Source: Kiritimatiellia bacterium
Lineage (GTDB): Bacteria; Verrucomicrobiota; Kiritimatiellia; CAIQIC01; JAGNIJ01
Direction of reading: 5' to 3'
Assembly (NCBI GenBank): GCA_018001225.1
Contig: JAGNIJ010000001.1
Span: forward strand, 155,384-219,383
DNA: 64,000 bases
In this document: piece after piece, positions 52,149-61,150 of the stretch
Layout of the letters: every line of letters starts with the position of its first letter
Position numbering within the stretch: the stretch's first letter is position 1
Translations under genes and position numbers: made by a program
Notes under the pieces: generated by a model
What the model was told of the DNA's origin: nothing
The model's database searches: none
What the model saw: only the letters and a program-made list of their open reading frames with translations

Positions 52149-52393
52149 CGCGAAACGAAATCCTCGACAAGCTGCGGGCCATCATGGCGCGGACCAGCCA
52201 GGCCTCCGTGGACTGGAACAGCGTGGGCGAACAGAGCACGATCGAATCCCTGGGCATCGACTCCCTGGCGATGCTGGACCTGATGTACGATCTGCAGCAG
52301 GAATTCGGGATCGAGTTCGAACCCCAGGACCTTGTGAAGGTGGCCACGGTGGGCGACCTGGCGGCGTTCATCGAGGGGCGAAAGAGTGCGTGA
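52145..52393 (+). CDS. acyl carrier protein
   Basis: 82 aa with the phosphopantetheine-attachment motif LGIDSLAMLDL. The ATG overlaps the KAS stop (ATGA). Confidence 0.8.
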   Translation: MTRNEILDKLRAIMARTSQASVDWNSVGEQSTIESLGIDSLAMLDLMYDLQQEFGIEFEPQDLVKVATVGDLAAFIEGRKSA

Positions 52394-53295
52394 GGCGGCT
52401 CCGGCATCTGATCGAGTACGGGCTCGTCCGGGCGCTGCTCTTCCTGATCGATCGCCTGCCCCTGGGGCTCTGTGACCGGCTCGCGAACGCCGGCGCGGAC
52501 CTCTTCTATGGCTTGCACGCCTCGCGCCGCCGGACCGCCATCGACAACATCCTGCGGGCGGGCATCGCCGCCGATCGCCGGGAGGCGGCCCGGATCGCCC
52601 GCGCCTCCTTCCGGCACTTCGCGCGGCTCGTGGTGGCCTCCATCAAGTCGGACGCCTATTTCCGGAATCGCCCCTGGCAGGAGTGCATCGACTGGCAGGC
52701 TTCGCCGGAGCTCCTGCGGATCCTGGACGATCCGGCGCAGGGGTTGATCCTGGCGTGCGGGCACCTCGGCCACTGGGAGATTGCGGCGCAATTGCTCTCG
52801 CATCGCAAGCCGGTTGTAGGCATCACGCGGCGCATGAACAATCCGTACGTCGATCGCCTGATGCAGCGCCGAAAACCGCGCCATCGCTTCGAGCTCACCC
52901 CCAAGCACGACGTCAGCATGGGCCGGCTGGTCTCCGCGCTCAAGGACGGGAAGGTCCTGGCCATCATGATCGATCAACATGCCCGGGATCGCGGCATGAT
53001 GGTGGATTTCTTCGGCCAACCGGCCTCTACGCACACGGCCATCGCCCTGCTGCACCTGGTGACGAAGACCCCGCTCTGTTTCGGGTACTGCATCGAAACC
53101 GCCCCCATGCGGTTTCAATTCCATGCCGTGGGCCCGCTCCACTTTGAGCCCACCGGTGACAAGCAGGGAGATGTGCGGCGCATTCTCGAGCAACTGAACC
53201 GGGAACTTGAAGCCGCCATCCGGGCACATCCCGATGCTTACATGTGGGGACACCGGCGCTGGCGGGCTCCGAAACCGGTCCAGCAAGGCCAGTGA
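52390..53295 (+). CDS. lipid A late acyltransferase (LpxL/HtrB/LpxXL family, lysophospholipid acyltransferase superfamily)
   Basis: HX4(D/E)-type catalytic motif LACGHLGHWE and family-typical length and pattern. The GTG start overlaps the ACP stop (GTGA). Confidence 0.7.
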   Translation: MRRLRHLIEYGLVRALLFLIDRLPLGLCDRLANAGADLFYGLHASRRRTAIDNILRAGIAADRREAARIARASFRHFARLVVASIKSDAYFRNRPWQECIDWQASPELLRILDDPAQGLILACGHLGHWEIAAQLLSHRKPVVGITRRMNNPYVDRLMQRRKPRHRFELTPKHDVSMGRLVSALKDGKVLAIMIDQHARDRGMMVDFFGQPASTHTAIALLHLVTKTPLCFGYCIETAPMRFQFHAVGPLHFEPTGDKQGDVRRILEQLNRELEAAIRAHPDAYMWGHRRWRAPKPVQQGQ

Positions 53296-53890
53296 AGCCC
53301 CCGCAAGGCGAGAGAGGACTCCGCGTCGTCGGGCACCCCGGCGCCGCTCCCGCGGTCCGCCTGCAGGGCGCTCCTTCCACCGCTCGGATCGGTGCTTTTG
53401 CGTCGCCCGGATGCAGGTCGGGCGGCGGCCGCGGATCACGCCGTCCCCGCGCCTTGCCGGAATCGCCCGCCCCGGGCCCTGTGTTCCCGGCGCGGAAATA
53501 TCCCGTCCGCCGCGGGACAACTGGAGCCGCCAGCCTGTGGCGGTGGATGCCCAAGCCGGGCCGGCTGTTCGCATTATGGCCCGTTCCGGTGTCCTGTCAT
53601 CCCGGGCGAGACATCTTCGGGGCCGCAATAACGCTGGAGATTCCTCGCTTCGCTCGGAATGACAAGCCATCGTTACTGCGGCGGGTCGGCGCGAAGAGCT
53701 GATGCCAAGCCGCCACGCCTTGCGATGACCCGCTTGCGGCCCTGTATTTTGCGCCTCCCGTTCAGGAGGCTATATTCCGCGTTTTCTCTATTCTCTCGGT
53801 AATCACGCTCCCTTCCGAGGCCGGCGGCGACGGCCTTCATAGTAAGAAAGGAAGGGACACGCCGGCATTCCACGAAAATCGTGCGTTTCT

Positions 53891-53918
53891 TGTGTTCGCA
53901 GGGAGGGGCGGGGTACAA
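53891..53918 (+). promoter_or_regulatory. candidate sigma-70-like promoter of the ECF sigma gene
   Basis: TTGTGT - 18 nt - TACAAT located about 35 nt upstream of the ECF start codon. This is a pattern match only. Confidence 0.3.
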
Positions 53919-53950
53919 TGCGCGCTGGTTCAGCAACAGGGAGCGGCCGC

Positions 53951-54718
53951 ATGGCGGAGGAGACGCGGGAAGAAGAGCCGTCCAGGTTCCCACCCACCCG
54001 GTGGACCCTCGTGGCTCACGCCCGGAACGACTCCGACACGCAAGGGCTCGCGGCCTTGGAGGAGTTGCTGGCGGCATACGGGCCGGTCCTGCGCCTCTAT
54101 CTCGTCCGGAGCCTGCGCCTGCCGCCGGAGCAGGCGGAGGACCTGGTCCAGGAATTCATGGCGCGCCGCATCTTGCGGGAGCGTCTTTTGGACCACGCGG
54201 ACCGCGCGCGGGGCCGATTCCGGTCGTTTTTGCTGAAGTGTTTCCTGAACTTCGTCCGGAGCGAGCAACGCAAGCAGCGGGCGGCAAAGCGCGGGCCGCC
54301 GTCATCGCACATGGTCAACCTCGATGAGCACGCGGCGGAAATCCCGGATCCCCGCCCGGCCCACAGGGACTTCGACGCGCTGTGGGCGCGGCAGGTCATC
54401 GGGGCCGCCCTGGCGCGCATGGAACAGGAGTGCGCCCGGAAAAACCGGAAGGATATCTGGGTCATCTTTGAGCAACGGGTGCTGAACCCCATCTTCTCGG
54501 GCGACGCCCCGCGCTCGTACGAGGAGCTGGTCGCGGAACTCGGTCTGAAATCCCCCCTCCACGCCTCCAACCTGCTGATCACGGCGAAGCGGAGTTTCCA
54601 GCGGGCGCTGGAGGCCGTGGTGCGCGAGACGGTGTCGAGCGAGTCGGCGGTGGCCGCCGAACTCGCCGAACTGAAACGGGCGCTGGCGGGCGCGGTGGCT
54701 CCAACGCATCGTCCATAG
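53951..54718 (+). CDS. ECF (sigma-70 family) RNA polymerase sigma factor
   Basis: Region 2 (…AEDLVQEFMARRILRE…) and region 4 HTH (SYEELVAELGLKSPLHASNLLITAKRSFQRAL). The N-terminal RWTLV motif is typical of PVC-group ECFs that sit next to Ser/Thr kinases. Confidence 0.8.
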   Translation: MAEETREEEPSRFPPTRWTLVAHARNDSDTQGLAALEELLAAYGPVLRLYLVRSLRLPPEQAEDLVQEFMARRILRERLLDHADRARGRFRSFLLKCFLNFVRSEQRKQRAAKRGPPSSHMVNLDEHAAEIPDPRPAHRDFDALWARQVIGAALARMEQECARKNRKDIWVIFEQRVLNPIFSGDAPRSYEELVAELGLKSPLHASNLLITAKRSFQRALEAVVRETVSSESAVAAELAELKRALAGAVAPTHRP

Positions 54719-54837
54719 GTATGGAGGCGGGCCGCCCCCGGCCCGCGAATCAGTCCCGGATACGAAATGCCGTTTCCCGCGCAGGATCGGCCCCTGGACC
54801 GCGTAGTACAAGGTGAGGGACAACCACGAGGCAAACC

Positions 54838-55365
54838 ATGAATGACTCTTCCGCGCAAGTACACGAGGCCCACGGCGGAAAGCTGGCCCACCTGCTGGAT
54901 CCGGACGGCCCCATGACGGAATGGCGGCCGGAAGAGCTCGGGGCCGTGTTCCGCCACCAGTTGACGGCGCCGGTCCAATTCGACCTGGCGGGATTCGACC
55001 CCGCGTTCGCCGCGCGCGTCCGGCTGCTCTCCGGCGCCCAGGGGCTCCTGGTGAAGAGCTTCCGGGATCTCTTCCAGCATCCCCACCCCCCGGTGGCGCT
55101 GCTGGAGGCGGTCAAGGATTTCGCCAAGCGCGCGGCGCGCAGCCGGGAGGCGGTCCTGCCGCGGGATGTTGCGCGGATGCTCTACTACCTGTCCATCGCC
55201 GCCGCCCTGGTCCATTGTCACAAGCGCATCACGTCCCTGGAGGCGGCCGAACTGTTGCGGGGTCTGAAGTGGGCCCGGGGCCAGGAATGGCTGGAGGACG
55301 ATATGCGCGGCCTGCTGGACGCCGGCATCCGTGAACTCGAGTCCGCCCGGGAGGAGAAGTCATGA
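54838..55365 (+). CDS. hypothetical protein between the ECF sigma and the Ser/Thr kinase (candidate regulator of the module)
   Basis: 175-aa ORF with coding-like composition, translationally coupled (ATGA) to the downstream kinase. No recognisable motif. Confidence 0.4.
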   Translation: MNDSSAQVHEAHGGKLAHLLDPDGPMTEWRPEELGAVFRHQLTAPVQFDLAGFDPAFAARVRLLSGAQGLLVKSFRDLFQHPHPPVALLEAVKDFAKRAARSREAVLPRDVARMLYYLSIAAALVHCHKRITSLEAAELLRGLKWARGQEWLEDDMRGLLDAGIRELESAREEKS

Positions 55366-58300
55366 ACACGCACGACCCGAAGTCCGAGCTGAACACCGCG
55401 CCCATGTCCGAAGGAGGCGCGGACGTGACCCAGACGATGATCCAGGAAGGCATGCTCAACGCCCCGGCGCGGCCGGGCGCGCGGGGCGGGGTGGGCCGCT
55501 TCGAGATTCTCCGGCCGCTGGCGACGGGCGGCATGGGACAGGTCTTCCTGGCGCGGGAGCCCGTCACGGAGGGCCGGGTCGCGATCAAGATGATCCGGCC
55601 CCGGTACCGGAAGGAGGAGTGGGTGGTCCGCCGGTTTCTCACCGAAGCCCAGCACATGTACCGCATGTCGCACCCGAACATCCTGAAGGTGCTCGAGGTT
55701 TCGGATCGCCCGGAGGGCCCGTATTACGTCATGCCGTTCGTCGAGGGCGGGAGCCTGGCCCAGGCGATCAAGCCCGGCCGGCCGCTGCCGGAGGATCGCG
55801 CGCTGGACATCGCGCGGCAGATCGCGGACGCCCTGCAGTACGCCCACGCCCGCGGCATCATTCATCGCGACCTCAAGCCCGCCAACGTGCTCCTGGACCA
55901 GGACGGGCGGGCCTACCTGACGGACTTCGGCCTGCTGCGCACCGTGTTCAACGATGCGATGGTCGATCCCGACAAGAGCGCGCCCGAGGGGACGGCCGCC
56001 TACATGTCGCCCCTGGCCGCCTCCGGCAAGGCCGAGGACACGCGCTGCGACATCTACGCCTTCGGCGCGGTGCTCTACGAAATGCTGACCGGGAGCAAGC
56101 CGTACGAAGGGATCAACCCGAAGGCGATCGTGGACAAGATCCTGGCCGGCCCGCCGCGGCCGGTTCTTCAAGTCAATCAGGAGGCGTCTCGAGCGCTCGC
56201 GCGGATCGCGGAATGGTGCATGGCGCGCGAGCTGCGCGACCGGTACGCCGAGATGAAGGACGTGGTCCGCGACCTGGACCGCGCGGCCCGGAAAGAGGAG
56301 CCCCTCGGTCCGCACGGCGTCCCGGAGGGCGAGGCGGTCATGGTGCTGAAGTTGAGCGGTAAGCGCTCGATAGGGAAAGTACTGGCGGCGGCCGGCACAT
56401 TCCTGCAAGGCCTCTGCGCGGCGTCCCTGCTCTGGACCGTCATCCAACTCGCCTTCAGTCACCTGGGGGCCAAAACGCAACAGCCCGTATCCCTGGCCCA
56501 GGCTCTCGGCAGTGCCACGGCGCCGTTTGCCTTCGGATTTCTCCTCGGCGGCGTGGCCGGGTGGTTCATGCTTATCCTGGCGCTGGGGGGCTGCCGATAC
56601 CGGGCCCCGTGGTTCTACCGCGCGCTACACATCATCGCGATTCCCTGGCTGCTGATCTTTCCCGTAGGGACACTCGTGAGCGTGCTGGTCCTGATTCACC
56701 TCCGGCAGCACAAGGCCGAGTTTGCTTCGGAACCGCCGCCGGCCAAGCCGACGCTCTTCATGTACGTTGAGAGCGTCGTGGTCGTGCTGATCGCCGTTGC
56801 CGTCGCCGGGCTATTCGGCCACCTCGCGTACAGCATGGTCCGCCGACATGCGAGAACGCGCCTCCATCCGCCTTCCGCGTCGAGGCTCGCTTCCGGCGCC
56901 GCCCAGGATCTTTCCGCCCGGGCCTGGCGAGTCTGGCGCGAGCAGAAGTTCGAGGAGGCGGAGAAACTCTTCCTGCAGGCCGCGGAAGCCGATCCGAAAC
57001 TGGCGGATGCGTGGAACGGGCTGGGGTGGGCCCGCCAGAACATGGGCCAGGCGCAGAACGCCAGGGAGGCCTTCGAGCGCTGCGTGGCCCTCGACCCTAA
57101 GAACGCCGGCGCCCTGAACGGCCTCGGCTGGATCGCGAAGAGCGAGCGGAAGCAGCACGAGGCCATACGGTACTGGGAGTTGGCCGTCGCCGCCGAGCCC
57201 GGCGCGACCGCCGCGCTAGCGGGCCTCGCGTCCACCCAGTATGAATTGGGCTACTACGACCTCGCCGCCCGTCACGCGCAAAACTGGCTGGACCTCGAGC
57301 CCGGCAACGCGGAGGCGAAACGCATCCTGGCCGAGGCCCGGGTACGGCTTGACGAGGCCAAGGCGCAATCGCCGGAAGAGAAGCGCGGCGCGGACGCGGC
57401 CCGGGATCCCAACGTCACGGCCATCTGGCGCCGGTGGCACAAGCAGCAGTTCGAGGAGATCCATGGCGAGAGGCTGGACCATCCGAAGGCCGCCACCGAG
57501 ACCCGACAGGCCCTGGAAGAGACGACCTGGAATTACTTCCTCCGGCAGGGCGAGGAGCGCCGCAGACAGAGGCTTCCCGGCGCCACGGAGGAACAGCGGG
57601 CCCAGATCGAACAGGCCATCCGGGACCTGCGGAAAGAGCGTGACGACATGATCCGCCGCCTCCTGCAGCCGGGAAGCGCAAAGCTGTTCATCCTGTACGA
57701 GGACGGCGTCGCCTACCGTGGCATCCTGCGCGCGTTCAAGGCCGCCCTGGCGGAGAAAGGCCGGACCCTTGCCCCGCCCACGGAATGGAACCTCATGAAG
57801 CTGATGTGGACGACTAGCGACGACGTGTACAAGTTGTCCGGAAAATCGGGCGGGGACAACGAGCCGCTGACCTCGACGCGGTGGCGTGAATGTTTTCTGG
57901 CCGATGCCAAGTCTTACCTCGAGGAACAGGACTTTGCGCTGCTGGGGCCGATCATGGAACAACTGCCCCGCCCCGCCGAGCGGGACGAGGTGGACGCCGC
58001 GCATGGGTTCATCCTGCGGAACCTGAAGACCGACCTCGCGGACAATCAGAAGCAGCTATCCGAACAAAAAGAGACGGCCCTGCGCGACCTGATGGCCGCC
58101 CTGGACAAGGAGCAGCCGTTGCCGGAGCCGATGTCCGACGAGGCGGCCCGGCAGCATTGGGAAGGATGGCAATCGGCTTTCGTGCAGCGGGCGGCAGCGA
58201 TCCTTGACGCGGAAGAGCACGCCCTACTGAAGAAGCAATTGGAGCAGTTTGAAAACATCGGCTGGGCGGCCGAGCGATGGGCCGCGGGGCCCGTCGCCGG

Positions 58301-59258
58301 ACAAGGCGGGGAGTTGATCCCGGCGCCGGAGCAAATGGTGAGTATCCGGTTCACGGATGCACCGCTTCGAATGGTCGCGGATTTCTATGCCGAGCTGACC
58401 GGCCGATCCGTCATCCTGTCTCCCCAGGTGGACGCGAAACTCACCTGCACGCTGAAGTCCAACGGTCGGGTGCCGAAGCAAGAGGCCCGGCGCCTGATCG
58501 AGGCCTACCTGTCCGCCGCCGGCCTCGTGCTCACGCCGGTGGGAAATAACTCCTTGCGAATTGATCCTTCTGCGCCGGCCGTTCCGGCGGGAAATGAGCC
58601 GCCGCGGATCATCGGCACGACGCCGGCCGTCGGCGCGGCCGAGGTGGACCCGGCGACGAGCGAGATCACGGTCACGTTCGACCAGGACATGGCGGGCGGG
58701 TTCTCCTGGACGGGCGGCGGGCCCGATTACCCGGAAGTCACCGGCGGCCCGCGCTGGCGCGACGCCCGGACGTGCGTGTTGCCCGTGAATTTGGAGGCCG
58801 GGCGCTACTACCGAGTCGGGATTAATTCCAAGAGCCACCGGAATTTCCGGAGCCGGGCCGGAATGCCCACTCCGCCCGCCGCGATCTATTTCACCACGCA
58901 GGGCGCGAGCGAGGAACTGAAGGCCAAGACGCAAGTGCCGACCGTTCTGGAAATGAGCCCGGCAAATGGTGCGACGGACGTGGACCCCGGCCTGACGGAG
59001 CTTCGCGTGACCTTCAGCGTCCCGATGGGCGGAGGCTTCTCCTGGACCGGCGGCGGGCCGGAGTATCCGGATGGCGTCGAGGGCAAAGGCCCGTATTGGA
59101 CCGCCGAGCAGCGGACCTGCGTGCTGCCGGTCGAACTGAAGCCGAACCACGGCTACCGGCTCGGGCTGAACAGCTTCTCGCACAAGAACTTCCAGAGCGC
59201 CGCCGGCGTGCCGCTGGAGCCGGTGAGCTATACATTCAAGACCCGAGAGGCGCGTTGA
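55362..59258 (+). CDS. Ser/Thr protein kinase with TM helices, TPR repeats and two C-terminal Ig-like repeat domains
   Basis: Hanks kinase motifs (GGMGQVFLA, AIK, HRDLKPANVLL, DFGL, APE). Four predicted TM helices. TPR region (…AWNGLGWARQNMGQAQNAREAFERCVALDPKNAGALNGLGW…). Two repeats of about 115 aa (PPRIIGTTPAVGAAEVDP...FSWTGGGPDYPE... / ...MSPANGATDVDP...FSWTGGGPEYPD...). Confidence 0.85.
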   Translation: MNTHDPKSELNTAPMSEGGADVTQTMIQEGMLNAPARPGARGGVGRFEILRPLATGGMGQVFLAREPVTEGRVAIKMIRPRYRKEEWVVRRFLTEAQHMYRMSHPNILKVLEVSDRPEGPYYVMPFVEGGSLAQAIKPGRPLPEDRALDIARQIADALQYAHARGIIHRDLKPANVLLDQDGRAYLTDFGLLRTVFNDAMVDPDKSAPEGTAAYMSPLAASGKAEDTRCDIYAFGAVLYEMLTGSKPYEGINPKAIVDKILAGPPRPVLQVNQEASRALARIAEWCMARELRDRYAEMKDVVRDLDRAARKEEPLGPHGVPEGEAVMVLKLSGKRSIGKVLAAAGTFLQGLCAASLLWTVIQLAFSHLGAKTQQPVSLAQALGSATAPFAFGFLLGGVAGWFMLILALGGCRYRAPWFYRALHIIAIPWLLIFPVGTLVSVLVLIHLRQHKAEFASEPPPAKPTLFMYVESVVVVLIAVAVAGLFGHLAYSMVRRHARTRLHPPSASRLASGAAQDLSARAWRVWREQKFEEAEKLFLQAAEADPKLADAWNGLGWARQNMGQAQNAREAFERCVALDPKNAGALNGLGWIAKSERKQHEAIRYWELAVAAEPGATAALAGLASTQYELGYYDLAARHAQNWLDLEPGNAEAKRILAEARVRLDEAKAQSPEEKRGADAARDPNVTAIWRRWHKQQFEEIHGERLDHPKAATETRQALEETTWNYFLRQGEERRRQRLPGATEEQRAQIEQAIRDLRKERDDMIRRLLQPGSAKLFILYEDGVAYRGILRAFKAALAEKGRTLAPPTEWNLMKLMWTTSDDVYKLSGKSGGDNEPLTSTRWRECFLADAKSYLEEQDFALLGPIMEQLPRPAERDEVDAAHGFILRNLKTDLADNQKQLSEQKETALRDLMAALDKEQPLPEPMSDEAARQHWEGWQSAFVQRAAAILDAEEHALLKKQLEQFENIGWAAERWAAGPVAGQGGELIPAPEQMVSIRFTDAPLRMVADFYAELTGRSVILSPQVDAKLTCTLKSNGRVPKQEARRLIEAYLSAAGLVLTPVGNNSLRIDPSAPAVPAGNEPPRIIGTTPAVGAAEVDPATSEITVTFDQDMAGGFSWTGGGPDYPEVTGGPRWRDARTCVLPVNLEAGRYYRVGINSKSHRNFRSRAGMPTPPAAIYFTTQGASEELKAKTQVPTVLEMSPANGATDVDPGLTELRVTFSVPMGGGFSWTGGGPEYPDGVEGKGPYWTAEQRTCVLPVELKPNHGYRLGLNSFSHKNFQSAAGVPLEPVSYTFKTREAR

Positions 59259-59282
59259 CGCGGTCCGGGAACCCACCCCCGG

Positions 59283-59299
59283 CCCCTCCGGAGGAGGGG
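59283..59299. terminator. hairpin between the convergent kinase and SGNH genes
   Basis: CCCCTCC-GGA-GGAGGGG (7-bp stem, 3-nt loop) with no U-tract. Confidence 0.3.
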
Positions 59300-59321
59300 A
59301 GGATGATGCAGGCGCACGGCC

Positions 59322-59843
59322 TCACGCCGCCCCGAGCCAACGCAGGACCAGGGGCCGCGCCCAATCCGTCATCCGGGCATACGCTTCCGGGGTCAGGTGC
59401 AAGCCGTCTTCCAGGAAATAGGCGCCCACCGGGCGCCCGTCGCGGAAGTAAATATCATTGGGATCGGCGTACAGGTCCGTGCCGCGCAGGAGCACCGCGG
59501 CCCGGCAATTCAGTTCGTCGATCAATTCCCAGCGGCCCTCCTTCTGCGGGGCTTTAATGATGCCGAAGTAGGCCAGCGGCAATGCGCCGACCAGAGCACG
59601 GCAGCGCGACAGGTTTTCCAGGATCACGCCGGCGGGCACGTTGTTGTTCAGATCGTTGCTCCCGGCGTAGAGACCTACGGCCCCGGGCGCCTCGGACTCG
59701 AGGACCGCGGGCAGCCGCGCCACCCAGTCCCGCGTGGTCGTTCCGCCCACCGCCCGGTTGATCACCACGTGCCCCGGCGCCACCCCGGCGACGCCGGCCC
59801 ACGCCTCGAAAATAGAGCTGCCGACGAAAAGAAGCCGGCTCAT
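59322..59843 (-). CDS. SGNH/GDSL-family hydrolase
   Basis: 173 aa beginning MSRLLFVGSSIFEAW (block I with Ser), GSND block and a DGLH-type block near the C-terminus. The ATG overlaps the upstream stop (ATGA). Confidence 0.7.
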   Translation of the reverse strand: MSRLLFVGSSIFEAWAGVAGVAPGHVVINRAVGGTTTRDWVARLPAVLESEAPGAVGLYAGSNDLNNNVPAGVILENLSRCRALVGALPLAYFGIIKAPQKEGRWELIDELNCRAAVLLRGTDLYADPNDIYFRDGRPVGAYFLEDGLHLTPEAYARMTDWARPLVLRWLGAA

Positions 59844-60391
59844 TCGTCGCGACCGGGTTCGACCAGGGCCCGGAGGGAGTCGTTGGACGGGAATCCCCCC
59901 GGCTGCCAGGCGCGATCGTAGGCGCCCCGGCTCACGGGCTCGCCGGCCCGGCCGGCGGCGGCGAGGCCCAGCAGGAAGCGGTAGAGGGGGTCGAAATCCG
60001 GATGCCGGTCGTTGCCCCACTTGGCCACGGCCCGCTTCCGGTCCCCCGCGAGAACAAAGATCAGCGGCCGCGATTCGTCCGGGACGCCGGCGCGGCCCGT
60101 AATCTCGATCGCGAAAAACGAATGCCGGCCGAGAAGCACCTTCAGTTCCGCCTGCTGCTCGGCCGTGAGGGCAAACGCGTACCGCGTTTCCTGAAGGCCC
60201 TGCTCGCCCGCCGCCGGCGGGCCGACGGCGCGGCAGGTCGCCTTTCCGTCCTTCGCGATCCAGAGGTCCACGCCGCCCCATAGCCCCTGCACGTCCAGGA
60301 GCACTACCTGGTCCGGCAAGGAGGCCGTGTCTTCCGCGACCGCCCCGCAGGCCGCCATCGCAAGCGCCGCCAGGAACCATATCTTCTTCAT
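59840..60391 (-). CDS. hypothetical secreted protein
   Basis: Signal peptide MKKIWFLAALAMAACGAVA. No recognisable family. Translationally coupled to the SGNH hydrolase. Confidence 0.45.
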   Translation of the reverse strand: MKKIWFLAALAMAACGAVAEDTASLPDQVVLLDVQGLWGGVDLWIAKDGKATCRAVGPPAAGEQGLQETRYAFALTAEQQAELKVLLGRHSFFAIEITGRAGVPDESRPLIFVLAGDRKRAVAKWGNDRHPDFDPLYRFLLGLAAAGRAGEPVSRGAYDRAWQPGGFPSNDSLRALVEPGRDE

Positions 60392-60408
60392 ACGCCTCCT
60401 CCTTCCCT

Positions 60409-60969
60409 TCAGGGTCCGTTGCGCCGAGCCGGCGCCAAGTCGATCCAGTACCGCCGAAGCGTCCTTCCCGATTCGGGATCCGTCCCTGTGCCGTCGAACC
60501 GGCCGCCGCAGCTTTCGATCACGCGGATGGACGGCGTGTTGTCCGTCGCCACCGTCAGCAGGGCCTGCGGTTCGCCCAGCCGGGTCAGCTCGGCCAATGC
60601 CAGACGGAGCGCCGCCCTCGCGTACCCGCGGCCGCGCCGGTCGCGGCGGACATAGAGCCCGATATGCCCACCATGCACCCGGAGTTTCTCATTCAGGTGA
60701 TGACGCATCCGCACCATGCCCACGGCGGCGCCGTCCGCGTCGATCACCCAGAACACCGTCTGCGGCACCAGGCCGGGGCGCACCTTCGCCGGATCCGTAC
60801 CTTCGACGCAGCCCCGGAGATATTCCTCCAAGGTCAGCTTCCCCGAGGGCACGGGCGTTCCCATGTACCCGTTCTCCCCGTCGCCCAGGTCGCGGAGCAG
60901 CTCCGCGAGTCCGCGCGGCGGATTCATGGACGCCGGTTCGAGATGCATGCTTCTGGCTTTTTTGTTCAT
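60409..60969 (-). CDS. GNAT-family N-acetyltransferase
   Basis: Acetyl-CoA motif RRDRRGRGYARAAL (RxxGxG/A) and a GNAT beta-alpha pattern. Confidence 0.7.
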   Translation of the reverse strand: MNKKARSMHLEPASMNPPRGLAELLRDLGDGENGYMGTPVPSGKLTLEEYLRGCVEGTDPAKVRPGLVPQTVFWVIDADGAAVGMVRMRHHLNEKLRVHGGHIGLYVRRDRRGRGYARAALRLALAELTRLGEPQALLTVATDNTPSIRVIESCGGRFDGTGTDPESGRTLRRYWIDLAPARRNGP

Positions 60970-61150
60970 GGATATTGATTAGCAGGTTCCCCGGATGAAG
61001 TCATACCACGTACGGATGAGAGGCGGTACGAACAGCGTCGCAGAGTTCCGCCCTCCAGTTGCAGGAACCATGGAGGAGCGAGCTCCTGCGAGCCCGAAAT
61101 CCACCCGCCTTCATCTGGATTTGGTATCATTACGCAGGCGCGCGGGTGGG

